From Phoronis australis (taxonomy: Eukaryota > Animalia > Phoronida): DNA of 64,000 nt. The number at the start of each line of letters is the position of its first letter. Positions within the stretch are counted from its first letter, which is position 1. The notes beneath the pieces were generated by a model, which saw only the letters and a list, made by a program, of their open reading frames with translations, was not told where the DNA came from and did no database searches. The stretch is from the NCBI GenBank assembly GCA_002633005.1, contig NMRA01000595.1:1-64000 (forward strand). The letters run 5' to 3'. Of the stretch, positions 50,801-61,691 are shown piece after piece. The position numbers and the translations under genes were made by a program.

Positions 50801-53800
50801 CCAAAAATGGTGCATTCATTGCAAAGCGTTGGTATCATGACCAAATTCCATTTGTTTAAAAGTTCAACGTGAAATCTCAAAAACGTTGGTTTTTCTTAAT
50901 TTTCATTCCGTTTCTGTTTGATTTTTTTTTGTAAAAATGTTTGTTTTTGATATTTCTTCAGTTTGAAGTTGAACATCTGAAAATGAATTCTCAAAAGTGT
51001 TTTGGAAAACAATGCTTAAAGCGTAGTATCTGAAAGTTTCATATAAATCTGATTAGCCAACGAGATGCAGTATTCTGAAGTTAGCCAAATATTGACATTT
51101 TTCCATGGTCCCATGTAGCCTTATGGTACTATCTAACTAAACGGCATGTTGTTTACTAATATTGAACCATGCACGTTCTTTTATGTTGTGGTCGCCATTT
51201 TCTGAAAGTTTTTGCATATGAAGATTTCGTCATAAGAAAACCTGACATTTATGTGAGCTAGTATCTCGTGACGTCAGTTATGGTCTTAGGTCTGTGGTCA
51301 TTTTTTCAGACACTAGGAAAGGTGTACCTTCAGGTAATCTGTTTCTCAAATGCTGGCTCCCTTGCTGCTGACAGCCAATTTTATCGGAGTTGTTTTATGG
51401 TACTTATGTAGGGCAAACTATAGTATTTTAACAAAATTTACTTTCTGATAAATATTTGTGTTGAGACATTTAACTACGCACTTTTAAAAATGTCAGAGGT
51501 GAATGAGTTAAAAGCTAAACTAAAGATTTCCTTTTTGAATTCACGCAGTTTTGTTGCAGTTACAAGGCAAAAAAAGAGGAAATGGAATTAATCCAATTCC
51601 TGTCTTCATCCTTCGGAAAATTATGGGTATTTGCAATTAACGCATAAGGTCTCTAATGGAGTGCCATAGGTATTTTGAGGCTGTTTATGTGGCTTTGCTT
51701 ATCTGCTGTTTGATCGGTTAATATCCCTCAACAATTGGATTAGCCTCGAGTGGCATTTAATACTGGATCGCCTATGACTTGTCTGGCTCACCTTTCAATC
51801 ACTCTCCCCCTCGGTATCGATGTGTTTATCTCACCATTAATTCTAATTACCTGGTTTGAAAGTGGTTGCCATAGCAACTTTGCGGAGATGAGCATATCAT
51901 AGGTGAACTACATTTTCCAGATACTATCTATTGTGTGTCTTCTGTCATGCTCAACAGTTGTGTGCAGGAGTTGGCGGAGTGAGAGGATTAGGGTTGGAAA
52001 ATATACGCGATCTATGATTTCTTGCACTTTGTGTTAGGCTGGATTCTTCAGACATCTGAATTGCAGAGAGCTCAAATTGACATTTGCTCTGGATAATTGA
52101 TGACTATTCACTCATCTGTAAAGTTGAATGGCGGATTCAACTAACATTGGCTAGCTGACGTTTAAAGCATTCGTTATCAGAGATATATGTGGAAAAAAGC
52201 CTTGAGAGAATTGCTGACGACGAGCAGAGTTCATGTACTTTTTGGCTTCTGGTTGTTTTACTTGTCAAAGCGCTGTAGAAGCCCACTTTTATTGAAAACG
52301 TCTGATTTTAGGAAGACACTGTTCTTGTTCAGAATATTTTTAGCTACTTTTGGTCATAATCTGTAAAGATGTAAATAGAGTACAAACTAACAGACGCTTG
52401 TTTTTCTGAGAGGTTCATGTAATACAAAAAGTTGATGGGATATCGTACCGTACTGCGTTATTTTTTAACTTGAGAAAAGCAGAGCTGTTTGCACCCCTCA
52501 GTTAGTCCATTAGCCTGCAACTTCCTGCTGAGTGAATAACGTTGCTGAAGATCAGACTGTAAGTTGTGAAATGGATAGACTATTGTATCTACCGCGATTC
52601 AGAATACCACGGCCACAGATTTACACGAAGGAGGAACTGAAACGGATTGCGGAAGAAAACGATAGAGGCGGTGAGACAAAACTTGGAGAACTTACTGATG
52701 ATGGAGTCAAAGGTCATTCTCCAGTCAGTGAATTTCTAGATAACGGCAACATTGAAATTACGGAGATCGAGTCTGATGGGAATGAGGTGCACATTTTTTT
52801 TGCAGAATTGTCATTTTTGGTTATTTATGGTCCCAAGTTTCTCAGATAATTTAGGATTTTCACTTGCTAAAGCTGTGTGCAGTGCCATTTTTCACCTCCG
52901 TTGTTTTGGTTTGTGTTTTGGAGTTGAAGCCTATACGTTGGTTCTTTTATGTGGTTAATTAAATGTCTATGCATGTTCTGATGCCATTTGTGGTGCATCA
53001 GGCATGATTATGCCATACGGCTGGGCCTATGGCACTGATCACCTGATTATGATTCATGTGGACCTCTCCTGGCTGAAGTCTTCTAACCTGCTCATGTTTC
53101 TCTGGGAAATTACACAGCCAGTTAGTGTTGTTTATTATTTATGATAATACCATGTTGGACAGAGTTCATTGATTGCTTCGAAGGAAAGATTCACCCCTTT
53201 TGACTTGATTTATTCTTGTCTGGTTTTAAGTTTGAAATTCTGGTTTGTCCTAATTAGAGCTGCGTGGGTCTTTAACAAGTTGGATTTATTTATAGAAAAA
53301 GTGACTGTCGTATCAGCTTGTCTGTCTTGAATTAGCGGCTAATTTGGGCATTAGAAGGCGAAATAATGATAGCTTGTTAGTGGAGAACTAAAACTGAACA
53401 CCTGGTTTATGGGCATGTATTTCTTGCAAAAACTTGTGATTGTGTATTGAAATGAGGCTCTGTAATGTGATGTTGAGGTTATGAGTGTTCATGGTTAAAG
53501 TTATGTTCAGCGCCACCTTTAAAAACTTAGAAAGTAATGAGTGTAAGACTTAGTTTGGACACAGCTATGGTGTGAACAGAATTGAGTTCTGTTCACTTCA
53601 CCACTAAATGTTACAACTTGAAACCCGAAGTACTAACATCAAAATGAATTAGGCATGCAGTGCAAACATGGCTAATGTATGTATAGTCAGATTATCACTT
53701 ATGACTGGTAGGTGCTTCATGCTGAAACCAAGTTACTGTATTGTTCACTATTGTTTAGTGGTTTCCATGGCAACAAATGAAAATTACATTTTTGTGGTTT

Positions 53801-56800
53801 TTGTGTTTACTCCCAGGTGTTCGCCATTTTTCCCGCTATAAATGTATTTGCATTGCACTGAAGAGACATTAAAATTTATGCTGCCATGAGACAAATAGGT
53901 GTAATTTCATGTTGGCAAATTTTTGAATGAAAATAAAAGTCCAGGCATGCGTTCAATAGTGCTAAGGACCTATGCTAGGACTTGCTAAAATCTAGCCAGA
54001 ACCACGTGTTCTCATTGAAAATACACGGCACTATCTCACATAATCTCGCGAAGTCTTGCTTTTTAGCGAGGTCCTAGCATTATTGAACGAGAGCCAGGTT
54101 TCACTCAATGTTGTGCAGGTGTCGTGAAAGAATATTTGTCTAAAATTTGTGTGTTAGTATCGAGACTCCGCTTTGAAATTAGACGCTGACAATTCTGGCA
54201 ATACATTAAAACTTGTCCAGCATAGGTCAGGCTTAACCAGATGGCTAGATTTCATCCGAGTAAATGAAAGTCTGACTTGTTTGAATGGGCCAAGTGAAAA
54301 CGCAAGAACAGCCATACCATAGAACTTCCAGTACAAGACAAAATAGCATTATCCTGTCATGACAGATAATTTTGTGAACAGCAAAAGTGACTAGCACTAA
54401 CTATTGTGGGGGAAAAATTCTAGTAGCAGAATGGCCTTGCCAAATTACCTACTGTCTTGTTACTTACTCTTAGTCCTCGGTCACGAGGGAAGTCTAGTCT
54501 GACATTGAGGGAAGTCTAGTCTGACATTGAGGGAAGTCTAGTCTGACATTGAGGGAAGTCTAGTCTGACATTGAGGGAAGTCTAGTCTGACATTGAGGGA
54601 AGTCTAGTCTGACATTGAGGGAAGTCTAGTCTGACATTGAGGGAAGTCTAGTCTGACATTGAGGGAAGTCTAGTCTGACATTGAGGGAAGTCTAGTCTGA
54701 CATTGAGGGAAGTCTAGTCTGACATTGAGGGAAGTCTAGTCTGACATTGAGGGAAGTCTAGTCTGACATTGAGGGAAGTCTAGTCTGACATTGAGGGAAG
54801 TCTAGTCTGACATTGAGGGAAGTCTAGTCTGACATTGAGGGAAGTCTAGTCTGACATTGAGGGAAGTCTAGTCTGACATTGAGGGAAGTCTAGTCTGACA
54901 TTGAGGGAAGTCTAGTCTGACATTGAGGGAAGTCTAGTCTGACATTGAGGGAAGTCTAGTCTGACATTGAGGGAAGTCTAGTCTGACATTGAGGGAAGTC
55001 TAGTCTGACATTGAGTTTGTCTTCTGCCCAGTTGTCATGGCGGGGAACTCCGGATCATTTTTGTCTGATTATTTTTGGTTTGTTTATTGAGTGTCTTACT
55101 CTTGCGAGTTTTCCATCCGTTGTTATTTATGAAACATTTCCCATGGGGTTTGCCTATGGTAAAATGTCGACAGTTTAGAGCACATTTCGGTTGTGGGACA
55201 TCTCGTTTCGTCATTTTTCATAAAAGATATTAGTAACACCAAGTATTAAACATGTTATTGTTAGTTCCAATGTGTAGCTGTTTTGGGAAATTTCTAGCAT
55301 TCATAGCGATGCTGTTAGCCTCTGAAAAGTGAAAGAAGATTTAATTTTTGGTGGAAGTGTGTGCCATACAGCTGAGTGGTACGAGTACAAGACCGGTCCC
55401 AATCTATGAACAGTGTACTGTTATGGATTATTAATTGTTGTCTTGTTTTCAGTCTCCTACCTTGAAACACAGTGGTGACAGGCATAACAAGCGTTACTAT
55501 AGCGACCCAATGCACGTAAGTGTTTAGTTCATTAGTGTCGGAGTGTGTCGTCTGACTTGGACTTTAAGTGCACGTGATTAACACAACTCTGGCTAACAAT
55601 CAGAAAATTAATTGTGACGCCTGCTGTCAGTTCACAGACTGGCGATTTGTTTACTTGCTATTGTTGAGTCGTGTTTACTGTTGCATTGCACAGTACTGGA
55701 AATTTATTGAATCACCCTCAAGTATGTGAGGTTGATGAATTGATAATAAAAATTTATTATTTTTTCATTTTTGGGAAATTTAGTTCATGATTTGGATACA
55801 CAATGTTGATAAAATACCGTAGTTTTTTAAACTGTTGACGATTTTCGTCATCTGGCCTCTTGTGTTTGTTAATAAATGTTAATATGTTTGTTAATAATGC
55901 CGATGTTACAGCATATTCCTAAGGAGCAACAGAAAAGTGTGGAAACCAAGAAGAAGTCTAGTGAGAAGTTGTATCAACTGAAGAGTGAGGTACTAGAATT
56001 AGTCAATTTCTAGTCATTCAGGTTGTTGGCGGAGAGGTCTTCTGAGGTTGTACAGAAATGAGAAAAATGGCTTTCGTGCTGACATAGAATATCTTGTAAC
56101 ATGCATTGGCAAAGATAATAATAATAGAAATACAATCAAATGTAGCATCAATAAAAATTGTTTGATAAATTGAATGTCTTTAAATTAATGAAGAATTTTG
56201 CTTCTTTATTCTTGGGACACAGTGATTTTTTTCTTTTTTCCCCTTAAATGAAAAATTATTGTTTTTTTCTATGCTGGGAGGCAAGCAGTCTTTCTTCACT
56301 CAGCTTGCTGCTGTCGTTAAATGAAGTTCTCAAATGCGAGATTATGTGTGATTGTCACTGACTTGCAAAATTCTTCCTTTTCTAGCTCGTGCGTCCAGAA
56401 ACCATCGAACCTGAAGGTGACGTGATAATCGTTTACAAGCACAAGCCAACACTGGGCATCGCCATAGAGGGCGGAGCTAACACCAGACAGCCCCTACCCA
56501 GGATAATCAACATTCAAGTACGTTATCCAATTCGCGTGTACGCTTCACAGTACCTTGTGCTTTGTCACGGATATTGCCATGTCCATTTTAAGAAGGGGAA
56601 AATGCATATTTTGTATACACGCGCGCATCCAGCCTAAAAAGTGGGGAGGGGCTCGAATTCTTGTGGATGTGGATCTTTTACTAAAAAAATTTTAAAAATA
56701 AATAAAATGAGGTACGGTCAGAGCAGTGAATTGTGCGTTCACCGTGCACTGAATTTTGATTGTTCCTGCCTTTTTAGTGGACTTTTGGGTGTGCACATGG

Positions 56801-57397
56801 TACATGAACCATGAACAAGCTTCAGCGGGTGGCTGTATCTTGATATCATTTCCCTTTTGTGTGGGGCAGAGTAATTATCCCATAAACAATGATGTCAGTA
56901 TTAAATCTTTGAATCATGGTACTAGATAAATGGCTTGTATATCAGCAAGTTTGGTGCTGGATGAAAGACAGAAGGAACACTAGACAAGGTTGATGTCTCC
57001 ATTTAAACTGCACTCAACTGGAATATTCAGTAAGCTGAAGGTGTTTGGATGGGTTCTGTGACACCTTAAAAAATGACGATAATCTTTTATATGTACAACT
57101 TCAATGTTAACAATTAACATAACATTGCTCCAAAATTAGACCAAGTAGTAACCGTTGTATGTCAGTGCTGCTGTCATCACGGTCATTACATGTTCTGGCT
57201 TTCCATTTCAGCCCGGCGGGTCTGCGCACGAGTCTGGCGGCCTCAAGGTCGGCCACGTCATCCTGGAGATAGACGGTCACTCAATGTCTGGCTTAGAACA
57301 CAAGCAGGCCGCTCGGCTCATTGCTGAGTCATTCAAGAACAAGCGTACTGCACAGATGGAGTTTGTGGTATGTGAGGACAAAGAAATCAGCCTATGA
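23185..57397 (+). CDS. WHRN: Whirlin (harmonin-N-like domain plus three PDZ domains); model incomplete in the middle
   Basis: Exons 23185-23853, 41687-41896 (duplicate 43633-43842), 44724-44849, [missing exons], 49760-49871, about 52571/52619-52786, 55912-55989, 56386-56517 and 57212-57397. Whirlin hallmarks are YSWVDPEGRSVSPP, SLGLMIRGGTEFGLGVYITGVD, TLGIAIEGGANTRQPLPRIINIQPGGSA and the C-terminal motif EISL. Confidence 0.93.
26284..26443. mobile_element. Degenerate inverted copy of the ~150-bp MITE family at 34167 and 53945
   Basis: Reverse-complement match, including AAAGCAAGACTTC and GTCCTAGTACTACTGAAC. Confidence 0.55.
31825..32180. mobile_element. Kolobok-type MITE, 356 bp, TTAA TSD
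   Basis: TTAA-AAGGATAC...GTATCCTT-TTAA. A diverged homolog of the same length lies at 37376-37731. Confidence 0.8.
32800..33200. mobile_element. Harbinger-like MITE, about 400 bp
   Basis: Inverted termini TTACACGAGAGACAGTTG / CAATTGTCTCTCGTGTAA with internal TTACACGA repeats. Confidence 0.6.
33522..33751. repeat. Dispersed repeat; inverted copy of 10438-10680
   Basis: Reverse-complement similarity over about 230 bp. Confidence 0.75.
34167..34321. mobile_element. ~150-bp Harbinger-type MITE, CAG TSD
   Basis: Termini GCGTTCAGTAGACGCTAGGACC / GGTCCTAGCGTTACTGAA with CAG on both flanks; homologous to 53945-54094. Confidence 0.7.
37376..37731. mobile_element. Kolobok-type MITE, second copy, TTAA TSD
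   Basis: TTAA-ACGGATAC...GTATCCTG-TTAA. Shares AAAATGACATTCCC, GACAACCCTCAAA and ATGAGTTTTTAGT with 31825-32180. Confidence 0.75.
41687..41896 (+). CDS. WHRN: Whirlin exon 2, copy A
   Basis: Reads VIKSARKLELVVRHVGRVPGSSFAHQTYSWVDPEGRSVSPPP...DSDERK; flanked by ctgtag and GTGAGT; 210 nt, phase 0-0. Confidence 0.93.
42176..42277. mobile_element. Right end of a CAGGG-terminated MITE, present only before duplicate copy B
   Basis: Ends in GTCGAGCCCTG like 1-74. The equivalent site in copy A (40334) has no such element. Confidence 0.7.
43633..43842 (+). CDS. WHRN: Whirlin exon 2, copy B
   Basis: Same peptide as copy A; five synonymous nucleotide differences. Confidence 0.93.
44724..44849 (+). 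CDS. WHRN: Whirlin exon 3 (first half of PDZ2)
   Basis: Reads VNCVVDEGRSLGLMIRGGTEFGLGVYITGVDAYSVAENAGLK; flanked by ttttag and GTACGT. Confidence 0.95.
45213..45430. other. Assembly gap (218 N)
   Basis: Run of N. Confidence 1.
45644..45945. mobile_element. CAGGG-terminated MITE, 302 bp, 6-bp TSD with one mismatch
   Basis: Perfect 14-bp TIR CAGGGATATTCCTG / CAGGAATATCCCTG; flanks are GTGTTA and GTGTCA. Confidence 0.8.
49760..49871 (+). CDS. WHRN: Probable whirlin internal exon (low-complexity linker)
   Basis: Flanked by ttttcag and GTGAGT. Only one frame is open: VTISAQGPVTINDQIEAQTTLKRQGSYDSINTESSTG. Confidence 0.65.
52571..52786 (+). CDS. WHRN: Probable whirlin exon with uncertain 5' end (ATG at 52571, or acceptors at 52602/52618)
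   Basis: Acidic coding-like frame IYTKEELKRIAEENDRGG...EITEIESDGNE; phase-0 donor GAG|GTGCAC. Confidence 0.55.
53945..54094. mobile_element. ~150-bp Harbinger-type MITE, CAG TSD
   Basis: TIRs GCATGCGTTCAATA / TATTGAACGAGAGC with CAG on both flanks. Confidence 0.72.
54485..55012. repeat. Perfect minisatellite, 24 x 22 bp
   Basis: Unit GAGGGAAGTCTAGTCTGACATT, head-to-tail with no spacers or visible variants. Confidence 0.98.
55912..55989 (+). CDS. WHRN: Probable whirlin exon preceding PDZ3
   Basis: Flanked by ttacag and GTACT; 78 nt, phase 0-0; reads HIPKEQQKSVETKKKSSEKLYQLKSE. Confidence 0.7.
56386..56517 (+). CDS. WHRN: Whirlin exon, first half of PDZ3
   Basis: Reads LVRPETIEPEGDVIIVYKHKPTLGIAIEGGANTRQPLPRIINIQ. 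Confidence 0.95.
57212..57397 (+). CDS. WHRN: Whirlin last coding exon (second half of PDZ3 and PDZ-binding motif)
   Basis: Reads PGGSAHESGGLKVGHVILEIDG...MEFVVCEDKEISL then TGA. Confidence 0.95.
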   Translation, partial: PGGSAHESGGLKVGHVILEIDGHSMSGLEHKQAARLIAESFKNKRTAQMEFVVCEDKEISL

Positions 57398-59831
57398 TAG
57401 TGGTCAGAGCATGTGATGGACAGGCAAGGCTCCACCCTCTTTATCTATATTTGGGCAAAAGCCGGGGTCATAGGTTTTGTCGACGTTTGCTAGCATAAGA
57501 CATTCCAGGGCTCAAAGCCTTATCTTTGTATTCGAAACTCGACTTGAAAATTGGCATATCAAGTGACAGGCTTCGAGTAAATTTTTGAATTGGTGCTCCA
57601 GTAACTTGGCATGATTTTTATGTTTCGAGTCTTGAGTCAGAGTAAGGTGCAAGTTTGGAAATTAGACCTGGGTCCCTGGAGAATGTCGAGAAGACTGACC
57701 GTCACAAGGCATTGGACTTGGCAAGTGCCCTGAGAAGACTGAATGTCACACAACATTGGACTCATTGAGTCCGTTGCCAAAGTTAGTGTATTATGTAAGA
57801 ACTGACTGCACTGCTGAGGTCTGAGCTCATGAAATTGCCCAACAGGTGTCACCACATGTGTTAGCCAGCAAGCTTGTTGTGCATAACAGAATGTGAAAAT
57901 AAAGGTTAAATTTTCAGTGGAAAAATGCTTTCTGCCAAGGCTGCACCTTTATGTGCTGAAAGCAGTGCATTTATGGTGGTTCCCTGTCCAGACCCTAGAT
58001 GGAGTTGCTGCTACTCGATCGCAGATGTGTTGCAACTTCAGTAATTAATGCCAGGCACAGGGTAAAATGGTGTTCTGCTTGCCGTGGTCAGATGCATTGT
58101 CTTCTGTCTGTTAGAGGACTTGTGTGAACGGGCAATCAAGTTGTACAGTAATTCGCTGAGAGACTGCTTATTGTGCAAATCATTCCGTACCGGTCTATAA
58201 TGATTACTGTTTGTTAACTTATTTATATGTTAATAGTTGTTAAATATTGCAGGTAATGGTTGTTAATATATTAATTAATATCCACATTCCAGACAAACAG
58301 CTGTAGTAACTGTACTTTTGTATTTTACAAAATCATTCCAATTACAGTTTTTGTGCATGTTGTATTTAGTCCTATAACATAATGTTCTGTGAACGTATTT
58401 GTTGTTAATTGGCCAGTTTTGTCCGTGTGTGGTCTCGTTTGGAATATAACCTTAACTCTATCTATGGTTGACTAAGTGCGGTTCGTGAAGATTGGGACCG
58501 AAGGTCAAATTTCCTGAGGAATGAAAATGGAGTGACTGAAACTTCATGACCCATATAATGACCTCTATCTCAATCCGAGGACGAGAAGCCAGTGATTTTT
58601 GAAAATGACTTGTCTAAAATGTGAACACTTGCATTTTATTTTTTTCTGTCTTATAACTACAGTCTTCTAACAAAAACTAAATTTTACATATAGTAGTACC
58701 CCCCGTTTGATAATAGGTCATGTTTGTAAAACTTAACATTCCTTTTTGGCCTTTTTGGACCATGCAGACCCTTGTTAACATTTAGGAAATAAATTACTAG
58801 GATGTTGGTGAGTGTTGTTTGTTGGATGAAATTAATGTATGCATAATTGACAATTACGAGTTGCTCTCGACACAAGATATGATAGCTATATTATTTTGTT
58901 TGTGAAACATTTTCCCATTTTGTCACTTACATATTAAACTATTTGTTGTATTTGAAATTTTGCACTAATATTTGTCTATTGTATCTATGTATTTAAACAT
59001 TTATTCTTAAATCAAATTTGCTCAATTGTACAATTTTTGATCCTGTAGTACTTGCTAATATGGAAAAGGATTTTTTGTTGAAAATTGTCAGTGTAAAATT
59101 GTCTGAATATTTGCTCGACAATTGTTGACCAATTCTCAACAAAATTTTCTGCTTTTCCATGCAACCAACTGCTGCACACAAACTGGAGGCAATCCTAGGC
59201 TGTTTTCATTGTCATGGCAAGTATTTCAGAAGGAAGTTGTTAAAACTCTAAACATTCACAAATACAGACAATACATCTGTAAAACTGTTCACCATTTCTG
59301 TTTAAAAACCAAGTTTAGTTAGGATATTTTTTGCCAATCTACGGCCTTGCCCTTGAATGAAAAGAGCTATGCTTACTTGTGTCAATCACGTTTTCACATA
59401 TCTGAAGTATTTCATTATTTCTTAATGTCTTTTAGACAGTCTGTGTGATAGGAAATCAGATGATCAGCTGTGTTTACAAAATAATGTTTATTTGGTTGTA
59501 CTTAAAGATATTTTCGTTTCTCTTGCCCTATCCTTTGAGCTGAATAGGTTGGCCCGTAGAATATTAGTTAACGCAGTTGGGGGCCATTCATTTTTGTTAC
59601 AAAATTGAAAACATTCTTTTGTCAGACAGTAAATGAAATATTTCGAGTCTTATGGTCAGTCGTAAGAGGGTAACAATTTTAATTTACCTTGATTTGTGTG
59701 AAATTAACCGTCAGCTCGGTATAACTATCTACAATTTACATCCACTTGGCCAAGAGGGAAAGCCTATAAGGACAAAAGGCGTCGTTGCTTTTCAAAGTTT
59801 ATGTATATTTTTGTATAGTTTATAATTATAT

Positions 59832-59837
59832 AATAAA
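59832..59837 (+). terminator. Candidate distal polyadenylation signal of whirlin (a proximal one lies at 57898-57903)
   Basis: AATAAA after a long AT-rich 3' UTR-like tract, followed by GT-rich sequence. Confidence 0.4.
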
Positions 59838-60369
59838 ACACTTAATGGATTCGTTGTTTTTAAGTAAAGCTCAGAAAAAAGGCTACAGCAAAATGCATTA
59901 ACAGGTGGTGGAAACGATCCTTGCTGTACATGGTACCGTAAAAACCCTGAATCCCAACCACACTTGTGCACTTACAACAGACCACTTTTTCGTCCAATAG
60001 ATCACATAGATACAATATCATGCAATTGTTCGATACATGTAAGAGTACCCAAGTGAGGTTAGTACTGTGAATGGTAAGTTTTTTCTGGTGCGTGGTGAGA
60101 GTTCGTGACCGTGGTAAATTTTATTTCCACCACCTGATTTGCATTAAATACATGTACCATTGCAGAAAATCTCATTACACAGGCATAAAAATACACATTA
60201 ATGTCAAGGACATGCTGCCATGTTCAGGTCTTCAAGGCAAAGTACCAAGTTCGTAAAACTTTGAATAAGATCAGGAAGTGCATTTTTTTCTTTTCCATCT
60301 ATTTTGAATGAGCTCTGACAACTTTTCCACAATAGACCTTAAATTTGAACAAGTTTCGAGCTCATTTAA

Positions 60370-61171
60370 AGGAGAATGCCACCCGATTTAATTAGTATTT
60401 TTTACCGTCTTAATCAGTCTATATATCCATATCGCTCGCATACAGTTGACCTTACCTTGCCGAGAGGTGTCGCGATAACCTGTGAGTAAGGTGAGAAACG
60501 ACACGTCAGTGGTTCATTTGCAGAGTGAATGCCGCTATGTTGCGGTGCATCGTTACCGCTTGTCCGAACTATGCAGCTGCGAGGAAAGCGGGTAATATGT
60601 TGTTTTTTTTTGACTTCCTCGATTCAGAAATGCTAGGAAGTGGCTTGCGGTAGTGAAGAATGAAAAGTACGCTGTTAATAGCAAGTATGAGGCTGTGAAA
60701 CATCTCCGTGTCTGTGGCCGGCAGTCATCAACAGAGTCTGACAAATGCTGGCTTACCAAAGAGCTATCCATACGTTGCCTGTGCTTGTTCACGGCACCTC
60801 TCTAGTATATCTTGATCACTGTATTCTGATTCGAACTGATAGCCTGTGAAACTTAACGATCCACCAGCGAAGTCTTCGTCTGATGAGCTCTTGTCTAAGT
60901 CGAGATTACGAGTTCTCATGTTGCTGTTTATTATTCTGCATTGTTTCAAAATGAATTATTCTCACCCTAACCAATGCTTATATAAAACTGAAACAAAGTC
61001 TGTCTCATTAGATACAATTTGTAATGCCTTTGGAGTATTCGTGAGTGCAAATGTTTTGAGAAGCCAGCAATGAATAAACCACTGCGTTACCCGGCCGGCT
61101 TTAGAAGGTATTTGACTGGGAACCGAGGCCGTGTGAGCGCATGCTAATACAGTGTTTGCAGACAGAAAGCT
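60370..61171 (+). mobile_element. Left part of the Kolobok-type element (copy A)
   Basis: TTAA-AGGAGAATGCCACCC with the same left flank as the element at 61692. Confidence 0.75.
60537..60724 (+). pseudogene. Disrupted THAP zinc-finger coding remnant (copy B at about 61863-62052)
   Basis: MLRCIVTACPN...MLFF-(frameshift)-LPRFRNARKWLAVVKNEKY...HLRVCGR matches the THAP pattern C-x4-C...FxLP...W...RVC. The final His-Phe is lost. Confidence 0.75.
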
Positions 61172-61186
61172 GTTGTGAAATAATAA

Positions 61187-61557
61187 GGGCTGTTCCAGTA
61201 AAATCTGTATGGGAGGGGGGGAAGGCACCTTTTTTTCGCACCCACCACCCATATTTTTCATTTATTTCTTCAGCCTACCACCCGTAATTTTTTATAAGTT
61301 TGAAATGCAACCACCCGTAATTTTTTTTTTGTTCTTGTGGTTGACTACACAGGCGCTTGAGTTTATCTGTTGCTCCATCACCACTAACGTCATTCATTAC
61401 TAAGAAAACATATGTTTCATATATATGGTTATTAGCCATCGAGAAATTCGAGCACCTGTGGTTAAATGGTTTTATGGGCATGCCGATGAGGAGATCGGAG
61501 GGAGTGAAAAAGTCGGAGCTCTTTGCAAGTTGCATTTTTGTTTCAGTTTTTGATTCT
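61187..61557. mobile_element. Left end of a Harbinger-like MITE, truncated at an N
   Basis: TAA followed by GGGCTGTTCCA, with repeated CCACCC motifs; no right end visible. Confidence 0.45.
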
Positions 61558-61691
61558 NTAAAGTACAAAGTTCGTAAAACTTTGAATAAGATCAGGAAGT
61601 GCATTTTTTTTCTTTTCCATCTATTTTGAATGAGCTTTGACAACTTTTCCACAATAGACCTTAAATTTGAACTAGTTTCAAGCTCATTTAA

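Noticed and set aside
54485-55012. CRISPR-like array
   Set aside because: Identical head-to-tail 22-mers with no spacers, no cas genes and a eukaryotic intronic location; it is a minisatellite.
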